A stretch of DNA of 38,392 bases from Candidatus Altimarinota bacterium (GCA_031410215.1 JANNYQ010000076.1:1-38392), one strand, 5' to 3'; positions 1-13,019 are shown, counted from the first letter of the stretch. Translations and numbers: made by a program. The notes: generated by a model from the letters alone, not told the origin.

Positions 1-66
1 GTAATACAGAATGTATAAGAAGTGTAATACAAACATATAAGAAATGTAGTACGAAATTCGGCAGAT
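1..66. repeat. Three degenerate ~22-bp direct repeat units at the window edge
   Basis: Read directly. Units 1-22 GTAATACAGAATGTATAAGAAG, 23-44 TGTAATACAAACATATAAGAAA and 45-66 TGTAGTACGAAATTCGGCAGAT share a GTA(A/G)TAC...TATAAGAA core. The array may continue upstream of the window. Confidence 0.3.
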
Positions 67-248
67 TTTTCGTATTTTTGCTTATAACAAAGGATTTCCC
101 GAGAAAAAAGACCGAAAAATTGGAAAAAACAAAAAAATCTCTCTAAAAAAGAGAGAATTTTCTATTCTCGTGGAATTATGATCGTAAAGTAGTGATAGTC
201 ATCACTAGGCTCGTATCGTCCCGTAGAAATCTGACAAGATTGTTTTAA

Positions 249-324
249 TGGTGGGAACGCCGGGATTTGAACCCGGGACCATCGCCTTAAAAGGGCGTTG
301 CTCTACCAACTGAGCTACGTTCCC
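249..324 (-). tRNA. tRNA-Lys (anticodon UUU), 76 nt, CCA encoded
   Basis: The reverse complement reads GGGAACG-TA-GCTC-AGTTGGTA-GAGC-A-ACGCC-CTTTTAA-GGCGA-TGGTC-CCGGG-TTCAAAT-CCCGG-CGTTCCC-A-CCA. It has a 7-bp acceptor stem, D arm, anticodon loop CU-UUU-AA, T arm with GGTTCAAATCC-type loop, and a 3' CCA. Confidence 0.93.
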
Positions 325-353
325 ATGGATACTGACAGTAGCTAACTCGCGAG

Positions 354-382
354 ATAATATACAAAAAGATTGTTTTGTCGAA
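354..382 (-). promoter_or_regulatory. Candidate sigma70-type promoter for tRNA-Lys (TTCGAC-17-TATTAT)
   Basis: On the minus strand, -35 TTCGAC lies at 377-382 and -10 TATTAT at 354-359 with a 17-nt spacer, about 30 nt upstream of the tRNA 5' end. Confidence 0.3.
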
Positions 383-411
383 TTTATTTTTATTTTTCCT
401 CCGTTTTTCCT

Positions 412-439
412 TTGCATAAGTACTAAAAAGACATATACT
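412..439 (+). promoter_or_regulatory. Candidate promoter of the giant gene (TTGCAT-16-TATACT)
   Basis: TTGCAT lies at 412-417 and TATACT at 434-439, with the ATG at 456. The same TTGCnT...TATACT architecture recurs upstream of der, ftsH and the A2M gene. Confidence 0.4.
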
Positions 440-455
440 CAGCCTCATATTCTCC

Positions 456-3400
456 ATGAAAATTCCCAAATTTTTTTCTCGCATTCTATTTCACAAAACT
501 ATTGCCGCAACGCTCGTCATGATGATCCTCGTATCACAGACGATACATGTGGATTTTTTTGATAGAGTTGAGGCGGGACCTGAGAACTATCGAGATATTG
601 TCTCTATCATCGTCGATCGTGATACCTACAAGCAACAGAGAAGTTCCATCAAAAGGTATGCAGAGGATATCGCAGGATACCTCGGAGGAGTACGGACCTC
701 GATACTCGTCGTTGATCCCAATACTCCAGTGGCGACTATCGCCGCCAAAAATGAAAAATTCTACTATGAAGGTGATGGTGAGAAATGAACATCATCACTT
801 GTTGGTACCATCTTGATCGGGAATATTCCTATTCCTCAGGTGACAAAAGAGGGGCAGGGATTCTCGAGTCTCTATCCATATGTAGACTTCGATGACAAGG
901 TATTTGTCTATGACTCTACGAGTACTCAATACAGATATAATAGTCAAGATCCAAAAGTAGAACAAGTGGATATATGGCATGGCGTCATTAATCCAGCTGT
1001 CGGCCGTGGTTGGTCTGGTGTTACTGATATTGCTAAAATAGGACAGTTTCTCGATAAGACACATGATTTTTATACAAAAAGTGGAAAATTTACCCCAAGT
1101 AGTACTCCACCGAGAGTTTTTTACTATGATCAGTATCTCGAACAGAGTTCACTTGATTATACTCAGATACCCGCTTACGCATTGTTTATCAAAAATGCTG
1201 AAGAGATTGTATATAATCGATTTAGTAAATACTTCCTTGGGTATATAATTTCTGAACTCAACAGTCTCAAAAAAAATGATCAAAGTGATATAGAAAAAAA
1301 TATATTACTAGCTGCTGGAGTTGACCCCGAGACACAAAATAGTGTATTCCCATTGTCACAAATAGGAAAAATGCCGGATATACAAACTCGTATTCCAGCT
1401 ATGCAACTCATGAAACAATTTTATGAGCTGGTCAATAAAAAAACTCTCTGAGATATTCGAGCAGCGGTACATAATGCTTGACGTTATAATAGTGGAACAA
1501 CCGTAGCAGTCGATCAGCCAACACTTTTGATCACTATGGCGGATCAGATTGCTATGAATATTATCAAGTCATCCAATGATAAGTTCGAAAAATATATCGA
1601 TGAGGTAGAAGTGGGGTATGAGAAAAATGCCTGAGCAATAGGAGCTATGCCCCCATTTGATAGTACTACCATCAATGATCCAGTTGATAGAATTAGTCGT
1701 ACATATGCTGCATATATTTTTGGTAAACCAGTATCAGAAATGGATAATATTACTCAATGTAGTATTGCTCGTGGTTCTGACTATATAAGTTGACTATACA
1801 AACAGGGTATACTTGTAGAGGCAAATCAGGCATTCAATGGATATACTACTATCGAGAATGTCAAAAATTTTGAACGAGATGGCAAAAAAAGAGTCAACTG
1901 TGCACCAGGTGGTATAAATAGCCTTAAGACAGATACCTATTGGGGTAAAAATATTATCACTAATATGGATGTTGAGAACTGAGTATTTAAGCAACCATCT
2001 TGGATCGGCGGGTACTATGAGAATATATTTTCTCTCGGTGGTATGAATGAAGTAACTACTATAACGGGTGCTATCAGACTTGCTCATATTCCATGATGAT
2101 CTGATGCTAATACTATAACTCCACTTGCGAGTAACTCTTGTTATGCTGACGGTCTTGCCTATATGCTCCAAGAGCCACGAGGGAAAAATGGTGAAGAACC
2201 ATGGCCTAAAAAAGAAAGTGGAGAGGCAGCATGAGATTCTGCTATAACTTGTCTAACACAACAAGAAGAGCATAGTCATGCCTCTTGGTGAGGTGCTAAT
2301 GTGCCATATGCATCACGATTTCCTCCACATGAATTCGATTGGATAGCGAGTGTTGCTTGACCTGGTGATGATCCTCAGTCATTTGATCCTGCTCTAGCAT
2401 GACCAAAATGAATCTGTGAATTTTGACAAATTGCTATATATATAGCACCAACATCATATTTTTCGGGTGCTACCGTCAACCCAAGGTCGTCAGATTTTGT
2501 CTATGCATGTCTCCCGAGTGCATGAGAAAAATGTACACTTCAACCAGGTGAACTCATATCTGAAAAATGTCTCCCAAGAAATCTCAATCAATATATTGAT
2601 ACACTGGTTCAGTGATGATGAGCAGGTAGTATCTGTCCAGCGGTGAATCCTAAACCGAATGTTCTCTATAAAACTGCATGTTGAATTCTCTGAGATGAAA
2701 AACATGGTGCTGCAGAAGGAGGTAATTTTCGAAATAAATATGAACAAGATATTCCAGGTGGGTGGGGATGAATGTTCAATTCACCTTGTGCCGCACTCGC
2801 AGCAGTACAAAAAGAGAACGGATGAGTAGTACAGACTAATACAGTAATAAATCTCTGTATGGCAGTAGAAGATCCTACTATCACACAAGAGTATTCCTGA
2901 CTCAAAAAAGATCTTACAACATATGAAACTGCGGTATTCAAGGATATTAAAGACTCTCGAGTTTATCATAAATCGCCTACAAATGAAGAGATACAAGCAG
3001 CACAAGAGGCAAATGCTACTCCGTCTATACCAATAGATCATGACAGATATATATCATTTGCTCAGTCTGTTGGATGAGAATATAAGATCAAATATCCCAA
3101 CTTTTTTCGATTTGATCTCGAAAAATTACTCATACAATATCAGATTCGTATAGCTACAGATCTCATGACTATGCGTGGCAAGGAGCGAATTCGTCAATAT
3201 GGTACTTGAGCTGCAACAGCTATCACAGCATTCCGACTTGAGCTCGATCGTCTTGGGAAGGCAGCTTGGGCTGGTATACCATTGTCTGGATGAGCACTAT
3301 TGACAGCCAATCCTCCTGATCCAGCATGCTGGGGAGGACAATTTTCTGATGTACCTCTATGCAAGCCATCTACACCTGGATATAGAACTCCCGAAGAACT

Positions 3401-6400
3401 CCTTGATGGGCCCCTCGCAGATACTGAGATATACGAAGTTATCAGATCTCGCAATTGGTTGCACCCAGATATCAACGGGAAATATAGAACTATTATTTCT
3501 GCCGCCCTTTCCTATGGAGGAGGAGAGACATCGAGTATATCGACGACATCCCCTCAGGACTCAACATGTGAGCTCTCGCGATATATATGATTCACATGAT
3601 CAACTCTCACATGAGCTATTTCTGATACTCACTGTATCAGTGAACCTCCAAGATTCCAAAAATCAAAAGATGGATATGAAATCGCCTATCTCTGACTTAC
3701 TCCATATGATGGAGTTGATGCTGCATGGAACACAGATGAATCAGCGATCGCGAGTGATTATGCTATTTGACTCAATGAGATTGAATGAGTCAATATCACG
3801 CAAGAGTGAAATTTCGGTGCTTCAGGTGATGAGAATAAAATAACTAATCCTGCTACTCAATGTGGACCACCTGATGGTGTACCACTTCTCCAATGGCCGA
3901 GTGCTATCATGTGTTGGATAAAAGCACAATTCCCACCAAAAATCCTCGCAGGCTCATGTGGGCCTACAACTATTTGAATATCGAGTGGACTTTCTTCCGC
4001 AAATTCTCTTCCTATTTCCTCCGTATCATCTGCTATAGCAAATAATATGGTTGGACTCCAGGAATTTTATACTGGCGCACGACTCATAGCAAGTATGCCC
4101 CGATCTAGTATTACATTGCACGATAGTATCACTATAGATCTCACTCTCCAGAAGAAAGATACACTCCTCTCATCTCTTCCAACTAGTAAGGCATACCTCC
4201 AGATGGTTTCTGGTAGTAGTCAATGAAAAAAAATAGAATCCTGAAATTTGAGTAAATACCTCACGATTACTCCATCTGAAATGCAGGTTTGAGAGAAGGG
4301 CACCACCTTCATTATCAACTCACTTGGAAAAATAGCAGATATAGATCTACAAGCATATTATCTTATACCTCTTCCAGATGGTAGCGAACTCCGTATTGAT
4401 ACAGCGGTATTCTCAATTCGAATCACACCAGAATATTATGATCTCCAACTCGAGCAATCAGGTGCTATAGTAGCTGGAATAGATATAACGACAGTCGATC
4501 CTGTGAAACTTCGTATTCAAAAGATATTACAAGATACCATTAGAACTGCTTATACGAATTTTATTGCTATTCGTATTATCGATGATGTGAGTTGAAATAT
4601 CGTATATTCAAACTCCAAGTTCAATCCTACTACAGATACTATTCCCACCACTATTACCAAGAAAACTGGAGTATATAGAGTATCGGTATATGATAGTAGT
4701 GGACTGTCATGAGAGATGACATTTTCAGTACGTTCTGGAACTATATCACAAGTTCGTATAACACCTATTTCTTCTGCAATTGTCAGATGAGAACGTACTC
4801 TTGCTATGGTGCGACTTCTTGATCGTCTTGGTAATACTATCACACCAGATATTCATTCTCTTGATATTGAGGTAACATGAGGATATATTGTTGACTCAGT
4901 AGGACTCAAGAAAACAAAAATGGTTCTCGATGTTATTGAATCACAAGTACCGATAATTGTCGGATCTGATACTCCAGGTATACTCAATATTACGGCTACA
5001 ATAGATTGATGATTGGTTACTCAGACTGATATCACCGTTCATGATACAGCTCGTATTGTGCTCATGCGAGATAGTCTCCCTCGAGTTGGAGGAACTCAAG
5101 TTTCAACTCACATTGAAGTTCAAGATGCTTCAGGGAGCCGTATCGCTTGACTCTCGGCAGTTGCGAGTATTACTCTTCCTGCTGGAGCTGGCTCATTTTC
5201 CAAAAAAGCTATAACTATTACAGATGGTGTTTCTGAAATATTTGACTATATTCCTGGCACTATATCATGAGATCACTCGATATCAATCGATATTGCTGGT
5301 ATCTGATCAGTTTTTGATATAATCTTCTCCTTGCTCCCCGGAGATCCAATGTATATCAATCATATCAGATGAGAGAATAGTATATCGTTTGTCTTGAGAG
5401 ATCGTTACGGGAATATATCAAATTCAAATCTTGCAGGCACTCTTGTTCGCAATAGCGAACTTAGTAAAACTATTAATTTTGTATCTGGGCTATATAACTC
5501 ACCACTTCAGTCAGGATATTTCAAACTAGAAGTACCGTGACTCAAAAATAGTACTATAGTATATTCTGATGATGTATGAAGTCATACGGTAATGGGTATA
5601 TCCAAATATATTGCATATATTGTTGACAGCACCAAAAAAATACAATTTTCCCCTGACTATAATGCGAGGTATACGGTTCTTGCATGAGGTGATTTTGTTC
5701 GTGAATGAGAACAGATTCTCTACGATTCTCTTCCATGACAATCCCAGAGCCTAGCAGTGACAACAGAACTTGTTTCACCGTACAAAAAAGATATTCTTTT
5801 TTCTCTATTTCCAGATGGATCATATCGTCTCGGACAACTTTCTGATACTGCTATACAGACGAGTATATCTCTTTCCAATAATCTACCACTCCTCACTGTA
5901 TCTGATCTTACTTCACATAAGCAAATAGCTCAAGTACTCTATCCAATGAAGAACGTTCTTTTTGATATATGTCAAAAAACTCAACAAGAGCGTTGCGAGA
6001 CAACTCCAATTAAACCAACGATTCGTATCGTACTTCCAGTAGATCCCACTCTTACATCAATTAATACTAATGATATTGTCACTCTCAAATCAGAGAATAC
6101 TGTATTAGCTACTATAGATACTAATGGGAGTATATATATATCTAATGATATACAGATCATACCGGATGATATGAGTGTCCATGGATTATCTATGCGTATA
6201 GTCCAATCAGGTAGAGATATAGCTGTTTTGACTTATGTAACTGATAATACAAAATCTATTGCCCTCAAGGAAAGTCAGTCTCCAAATGTACCTCTCTTGC
6301 TTAATTCAGGATTCTCTCTCTCTAAAATGTCTATTTCCAGTGAGAATAATACTACCTATGGATATCAGACCATTCGAGAATCTCTAGGGCATGATATCGA

Positions 6401-9400
6401 TGATAGCAAAAATGGCCCCTCTCATACCGACTCACTTGGCTCATTATCCGAAGTACCATCTGTAGGATGGTCATCCAATAATACTACGCTTCTCTCATAT
6501 GCTGCTGGTGACACAGTGTGAGAGTCTACTCGGTTTTTTCACACATATACCATGATAAATATGGGTGATCCAGTTGCACACATTGATCATGGTCGTCCAG
6601 GTACTGAGACAGATGGCATAGATCGAAGTATTGGATCTATACTAGAACGAGATACTCGATCTAGTATAGCGAATTTTGCTCACCGAGATATGGATGCTGA
6701 TGGGATAGAGGACTTGATTGTAGTATATCAAGATGGCTATATAGGATTATTATTGAATAGATGAGGTAAATTCAGATCCCGTGGTATGATAGCATACAAC
6801 CGAGATATAGATTCTCAAAACATTATTTTCGCAGATTTTATTCGCGATTGATACTGAGATATACTATGACTTGATAAACAAGGGTCTTTTATCCTCATTG
6901 ATAATTCTAATCGGAAATTTGTTCGAAAGAATATAGTTCTCGAATTATGAGCCCCTCTTCCAAGTCACATATCTCAATTCCGTATCCATGATATGGATGC
7001 TGACGGACGTGATGATATAGTTTATATAACAGCAGGTTGAGAACTTGCTATACTCTATGGTACTCAAATAGCAGGGAATTTTATCAAAAAAATCCTCGAT
7101 CCAACACTTGGACTCACTCTCTCATCTGTGCCCGTCAACGTGGGAGGTGCTATTCGGACCAATACTACCCCACAATTCCAGTGATCTGTCTGAGTTGCTC
7201 CTACCAATTCATCAGGCATAGATGATAGCGTGCTCAAATGAGAAGTATTCTATCAATATAGTCAGCTCAATCCAGCTCCTTCTATTGCTCAAGTGAGTCT
7301 CGAGGTACTTTCAGGTACACTTGATGATATATCAAATGGAACCACAGGAAATAGGGTATCTACATTTATCAGGAGTCAGTATGCTAAGGCCTACGGACTC
7401 AATGTAGAGAAAGTATATACAAATACAACTCATGCAACTCTCTATCCGGATGATCGTATTGCAGCTACTATTCGTATCGAGAACAGCTCATCTCAGATCA
7501 TGAGATGAGTCGAATATCTCGATACTATTCCCAAAATATTTAGTGTAAAAGATACACAAAAATATATTATACGTCGTTCAAATACCAGTATATCAAGAGA
7601 ATATAAGGCTATATGAGATGGCGAATATGATACTCATTTTATTCTCTGAGATATATCCCCTGGAGAAAAAATAGAAGTCATATATGAGATGGTGGCATTA
7701 CCAGCTAGCTACGGAGAGATGATAGTGGGTGATCTTGAATGAGGAATGACTGGAACTGATATATATGGAGATATTGGATTCAAAACATCTACTACTTGTG
7801 GTGCCAGTATGCTTCTCTGGCTCTCATGACCCGACCCAAGAGACTACACGAAATGAACTCATGAGTTTGGTTCCGCAAACTTCCCTGATGGAATGAGTAG
7901 CCGTCTTATTGATATTAATAAGGATAGTATACCCGATAGTATCATGAATAGATCTCGAGAAGATCTCATCAAGGATAAAGAAACTCTTGTGAACTCGAAT
8001 AAAATTAACTATTCTGGACCAATTCTAAATATTAAAAATAATCAGGGTAGTGCTAGTATCGGACTTGACGATAATTTTGCAGATAATCTGAGTCAGACTG
8101 TTGAGGATATTGCTAACTGACTTTCTTGTGGATTTGGAGGTGGCTCATGTATGAGTTTTCCTATGAATTGGGCACCTCTTGCTCCTGGATCAGATCCAGT
8201 TTTATTTGGGAATCCTATAGGTGATGGACTCAAGGTCTGAGAATGACTTCCTATATTTTCAGCCCTTACGGGTATACCAATATATGGTACTTGGGGATGT
8301 TTCCCTATGCCATCTGTATGGCCAGTATCTCCCATTGGATATACAAGTACCTGTTCATCCAATACTCCCAATGCTGGATGATACCTTGGTACAAATGATC
8401 CTACCAATTTTCTTCGTATTTTTGTCACACCGACTCTCACTCTCGGTATGGGTACAGCCATCTGTCTCTGAGGTCCAGCGAGTACCGCCTGACAGATACC
8501 TCCTCGCTGACTCTCTCCTCTGATACAATGAGGAAATTGTATTGTTGTAACTAAACCCATGAATGTGTGTAAGTGAGATGGATCTTCGAGTGATGGTGAT
8601 GTAAGTGCTATATCAGGTCTCGGAGGAGTTGGTTGAGATAGTTGGAATGCCTCAAGTTGTCAACCTCAAGCAAATACTATCACTGAATCAGATAATCGTG
8701 CTCTCACAGAGAGCATTGTAGGATATTTGAGAAATCCGAATCCGAATCAACTCACAGGAATATACTCAAATATGAGTATGCGATGACCAAGATCTAGCAA
8801 TGTATGACCACTCATTGCTATTGGATGAGCTGCGAGTGGATGATCTGAGATAAGTATAGAGGTAGATTCAAATACAAAAATATCTGATATTGGATCTGTT
8901 ATTAAGGTTAAAAATAAACGAATTGCTGCATTCCCAGATTTTGTCATGGATTGGCTTACAAGACAGACGGAAGAGCTCACAACATCGCTCTTCACACCAC
9001 CTAATCTGACGATTATTCCTCCGACGAGCTTTGGTCAAAATGCCCAGGTCGATTCGAGCTATGCTGATTTTTCGAAGAATCTTGGGAAAAAATTCTCAAG
9101 TGCGAATCTGGATAATATCAAACAGGGAAGTAGTACTGTCTTTGCTGCCAAGGGGGGATGAGTACCTGGTACGCTTAATGCTATGAAATCCGCCTATACA
9201 TTGATCGGGAAACTGCCATTTGTCTCGATCAAACAAGTCAATATCCCACTCAATATCCCATGGTTTGATAAGACAGAACTCGCCAAATACCAGAGATCAC
9301 TCGATGGATATAAAAAAGAGATTGATACGACTCTGAAGAATTTTTGTATCAATGATCCATCCCCCGCTTGTCTCGATAAAAAAGCCAAATTCCAAAATGG

Positions 9401-12400
9401 AGCATTCGTCTCGAGTATATCGCAAAATCTCAAGCGCATCGAAGAATATAAAGCATTCCCACTCAAAATACAAAAATATATCACCTGGAAGGAGAGATAT
9501 ATTGCCCAGATTCTCTGCAATATCACCTCGATACAACAGATTACAGGAGGATGGTTGCGGGACAATGGAGTCAGATTCCGTAAGTGGGCTGAACTCTATG
9601 TTCTCATCAAGGCTATTGCCCAGAGCTGGCAACCGATGCTTGATATATTTGCTGACGCCAACAAGAGTTGTGGCGTGTGTCGCAATGAGCGAAACAATCT
9701 CCAATATTGGAAGTTCAAACTTATCTCAGCACTCATTCCATCTATACCAGTACTTCGGTTTCCGAAGTGGCCAGATATTATTCTTGATCTCTCAGATATT
9801 CGTCTAGGGATTAATATATCTATGCCCAATTTTGTACCACGTATCTCTCCCATACGTCTCCCATCACTCCCATCCCTCTCAGCTGGATCACTCTCTGCAT
9901 CTCTATCACTCCCAGGACTCCCGATACTCCCTGGACTTCCTCCTCTTCCAGATCTTCCAGACCTTCCTTCGCTACCAAAAATAAAACTCCCAGACCTTCC
10001 ACCACCACCAAAAATCCCAAAAATTGCAGGATCTATATCGGCATTTTTGGGCATTATGAAGCTGATATCGAAGATGTATTGTTTTTATCAGAAAACAGTA
10101 CTGATACCTGAGTGGCAAGTAGGTGATGTAATAGCACAACGTACAGAACGACAGGGGACATCACCGTTTGATTTTATCAATCTCTCTCTCCCACAATTTT
10201 CTCTTCCATCGATTCGTGAGATTCGAGTCGGTAGCCATGTGAACTCTGAGCTCCGCTCTGATTTTATCTCTGAGTTTTCCCGGTCGGCAGTGCGGCCGAT
10301 CAACGAGTTCCAGACAGATCTCCAGGGTGCGATCCCGAGCTCTATCGGTACGAGTATCACGACCCCAAGCGTGAATGTCGACGTGAGACCAGGAGCTTAT
10401 CTGGATCAAAAATGAAATGAAACACTTCCAGATCGAGTCACAAAAATGATAGCAGATATCGATAAGCAAAAAAATATATTTCTCGAAATCGGAGAATTTG
10501 TCACATATATCACTCGAGAACTCGATGCTCCAGAACTCACTCAGATCAGTACTAATCTGAGTAGATGACTCCGAGTAGCTCGATTAGAGGCAGATCAGCT
10601 AGAGAGTGGGCTCACTGCATACAATAATACACGATTCGATATCCTAAGAGACTACCTGAGTGCTGAGAATGATAACAACGCTCATCTCCAGAATATCGTC
10701 GATCTCATATCTCGTGATATGGTCGGAGAGCCGAGACAACTCATCGCAGATGTATCAGATACATCGAGTCGTGCTACGAGACTCCTCTCCGCATATGATG
10801 AGCTCCAGTGAACTCCGAGTGCGGATCCATCATCTGACCTTGATCGAGGACTCACAGCGTCTCGCACCGCTCTCACGAATCGAGTATCTCGTATGGTTGC
10901 TGAGATATCTCCGACATCCACCACTCCATCATCGTCATCTGCGAATATGGCAAGTGGATATTCTCCGAACTATCAGGGGATCTATATCCGTACTACGAGT
11001 GGAGTACAGACTCGACTCTTTGATTATATTGCTCCTGTGACAAAGGATACCCGAGTAGATACGATCGATATCGATGGAGATGGTGATCTCGACTATATCT
11101 ATCTCCTCGATGGAGCTCTCTACATCAAATATAACTTGACTCAAGTCCCAAATAAGATCGTTGATATAACCACCAAGATATCGAGTATCACGCGTGATGA
11201 TCTCACTCCATATGTACCAGATTATTTCTATGAAGATGTATCGACTCCACACAATCTGAACTACTCATTTACTCCATCGTCTCAGACTGAGCGTGAGTGG
11301 AGAGTAGAGTTCTATGATCAGTATATCGAGTGGGACAAGCTCGATATCTGAGCTCATGATCCACGAATATCTCCGAAGACGACGATCGATATGTTCTCAA
11401 GTATAGCGAGTGTGCCACTTGCATCTCATTCGGGTATTCTGACTCATCGTGTAACTCGCTCTCTAGGGTCTGTTGCTGATACACAGTCATTTATCCTCGA
11501 GTGACGCAGTATCGATATATATACCGGTCCACTGTCACTGTCTCTCTCTCCAGGTCGAGTACTCTATACAGGCGATCGGGGTGTCACTCTGAGCTATCAC
11601 GACCAGACTACTCCTACGATCCGTACCATATCACTTGCCCCACATACTGGATATGAGTTCTCGAGCCCTACTGAGATCACGATAGAGAGGGGACAACTCT
11701 ATGTTATCGGTGCAGAGAGCAACTCTCGCTATACTTATAGTGATGAATTCGTCTGACTCCCGATCCTCCCTGGTATGCGTCTCTATACCTCTGATGCTGG
11801 ATCAGTAGTCAGAGATTTGATAGGTCGCCAGGATATTTCACTTCTCGGTGGTAGTACTTATATCACCTATGATCTCGGACAACGAGCAGATAGCTACAAT
11901 ATCACTCTCCCATATGCCGATGGATACTACTATGCGAGACTCCAGAATCTGACTGATAAAAAACTCGATCGAGCTGGAGTGACTCTCCTTGCACCACAGG
12001 CCGCAAGTGATAATGGTGATCCAATCATCGATCTCCCGACTGAGATAAGGCTCCCGATCTACACGACTCGTAGCTATGAACTCAATGATATCCTCACCGA
12101 TCTCAGTGTAGCGACACTCACAGTAGATAGCGATATCACGATTGACACGAACAATAACGCTATATTCGATGATGACTTCGTATCTGACAGTCCCACAGCG
12201 AAGATATCTCCTCGAGACATCACGTTCGGAGTATTCACACAACCAGGCAAGTATAATATGGTACTCAGAGCCGTCGATGCACTTGGCAATACCACGACGA
12301 TGCCACTCACGGTGACTGCTTATACGCCAATACCACGCATAGAGACTGTCACTGGGACTGGATGGGTCATGGGTAGTATATCTGAGTCACTCGGTGGGAT

Positions 12401-13010
12401 ACCAACTCACTTGTTCCGAGTGAGATCTTGAGAGCAGCCGATCCTCCTCTCTTCAGGTTCTACGCTATCGAGCTCATTTGGATGATTTGCTACGGGTTCA
12501 TTTTTTGTCTCTCCTGAGACGATCACACTCAGCAAGTGACCAAAAATCGGAACCACAACCACAAGAGGTGAGATCACACTCAGTCCTGGGCATCGTACAG
12601 ATATTGCCCCTGCGACTCCGACGGATCCGATGCGGATACTCACGGTCGATGCATCAGGATCGATATCACATATACATATACTCACACTTCCTGATGATGC
12701 CAGATTCATCGATAGTTCAAAGAATACGAGCACAGCTACTGGTGTTATCCTTACACCTTCATCTGGTATCTCTCGTATCGTAACTGCGAGTTCGACAGAC
12801 CCATCGATCCCCGCAGGACAGTATATCACGGATATGGGCTACCGACCACTAGCAGCACTTGCCCGAGATGGCAATATCTATACGCTCGATCCGCTTGTGA
12901 CTCTCAGGTATCGTAGCAGGGACTGATATATGAGTATCGAGATCATTAAACGCGGGATAGTGGTTGCGACGGTGGAGTATCGTATCGATTTTTTCTATAC
13001 GCTGCGGTAA
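456..13010 (+). CDS. Giant secreted/anchored cell-surface protein (~4184 aa) with FG-GAP/VCBS-like, Ig-like, Cys-rich and Pro-rich modules (table 25)
   Basis: By hand reading, the frame with pos mod 3 = 0 has no TAA or TAG from ATG 456 to TAA 13008-13010. Track ORFs starting at 456, 813, 3300, 5757, 6552, 7293, 7893, 8946, 9183, 10893, 11775 and 12630 all share this frame and are separated only by TGA. An upstream in-frame TAA at 417-419 fixes the start. The N-terminus MKIPKFFSRILFHKTIAATLVMMILV looks like a signal peptide or anchor. DxDxDG motifs are present (HRDMDADGIEDLIVVY, IHDMDADGRDDIVYI, IDIDGDGDLDYIYLLDG). Confidence 0.85.
9855..10025 (+). repeat. Pro/Leu-rich low-complexity tract inside the giant CDS
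   Basis: The translation reads RLPSLPSLSAGSLSASLSLPGLPILPGLPPLPDLPDLPSLPKIKLPDLPPPPKIPKI. The DNA is CT-rich with reiterated ctt-cca / ctc-cca units. Confidence 0.8.
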
Positions 13011-13019
13011 TGGTTTCAT

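Noticed and set aside
137-207. Hairpins TCTCTC-TAAAAAA-GAGAGA (about 139-157) and TAGTGAT-AGTC-ATCACTA (about 190-207) downstream of tRNA-Lys could be terminators.
   Set aside because: The stems are short (6-7 bp) and AT-rich, and no clear U-run follows on the tRNA (minus) strand. The evidence is too weak to annotate.
456-13010. The many short same-strand ORFs could be read as a decayed pseudogene array or as separate small genes.
   Set aside because: All fragments share a single frame, and the only interrupting codon is TGA; by my reading there is never a TAA or TAG. TGA demonstrably encodes Gly in neighbouring conserved genes. Decay would produce frameshifts and mixed stop types.
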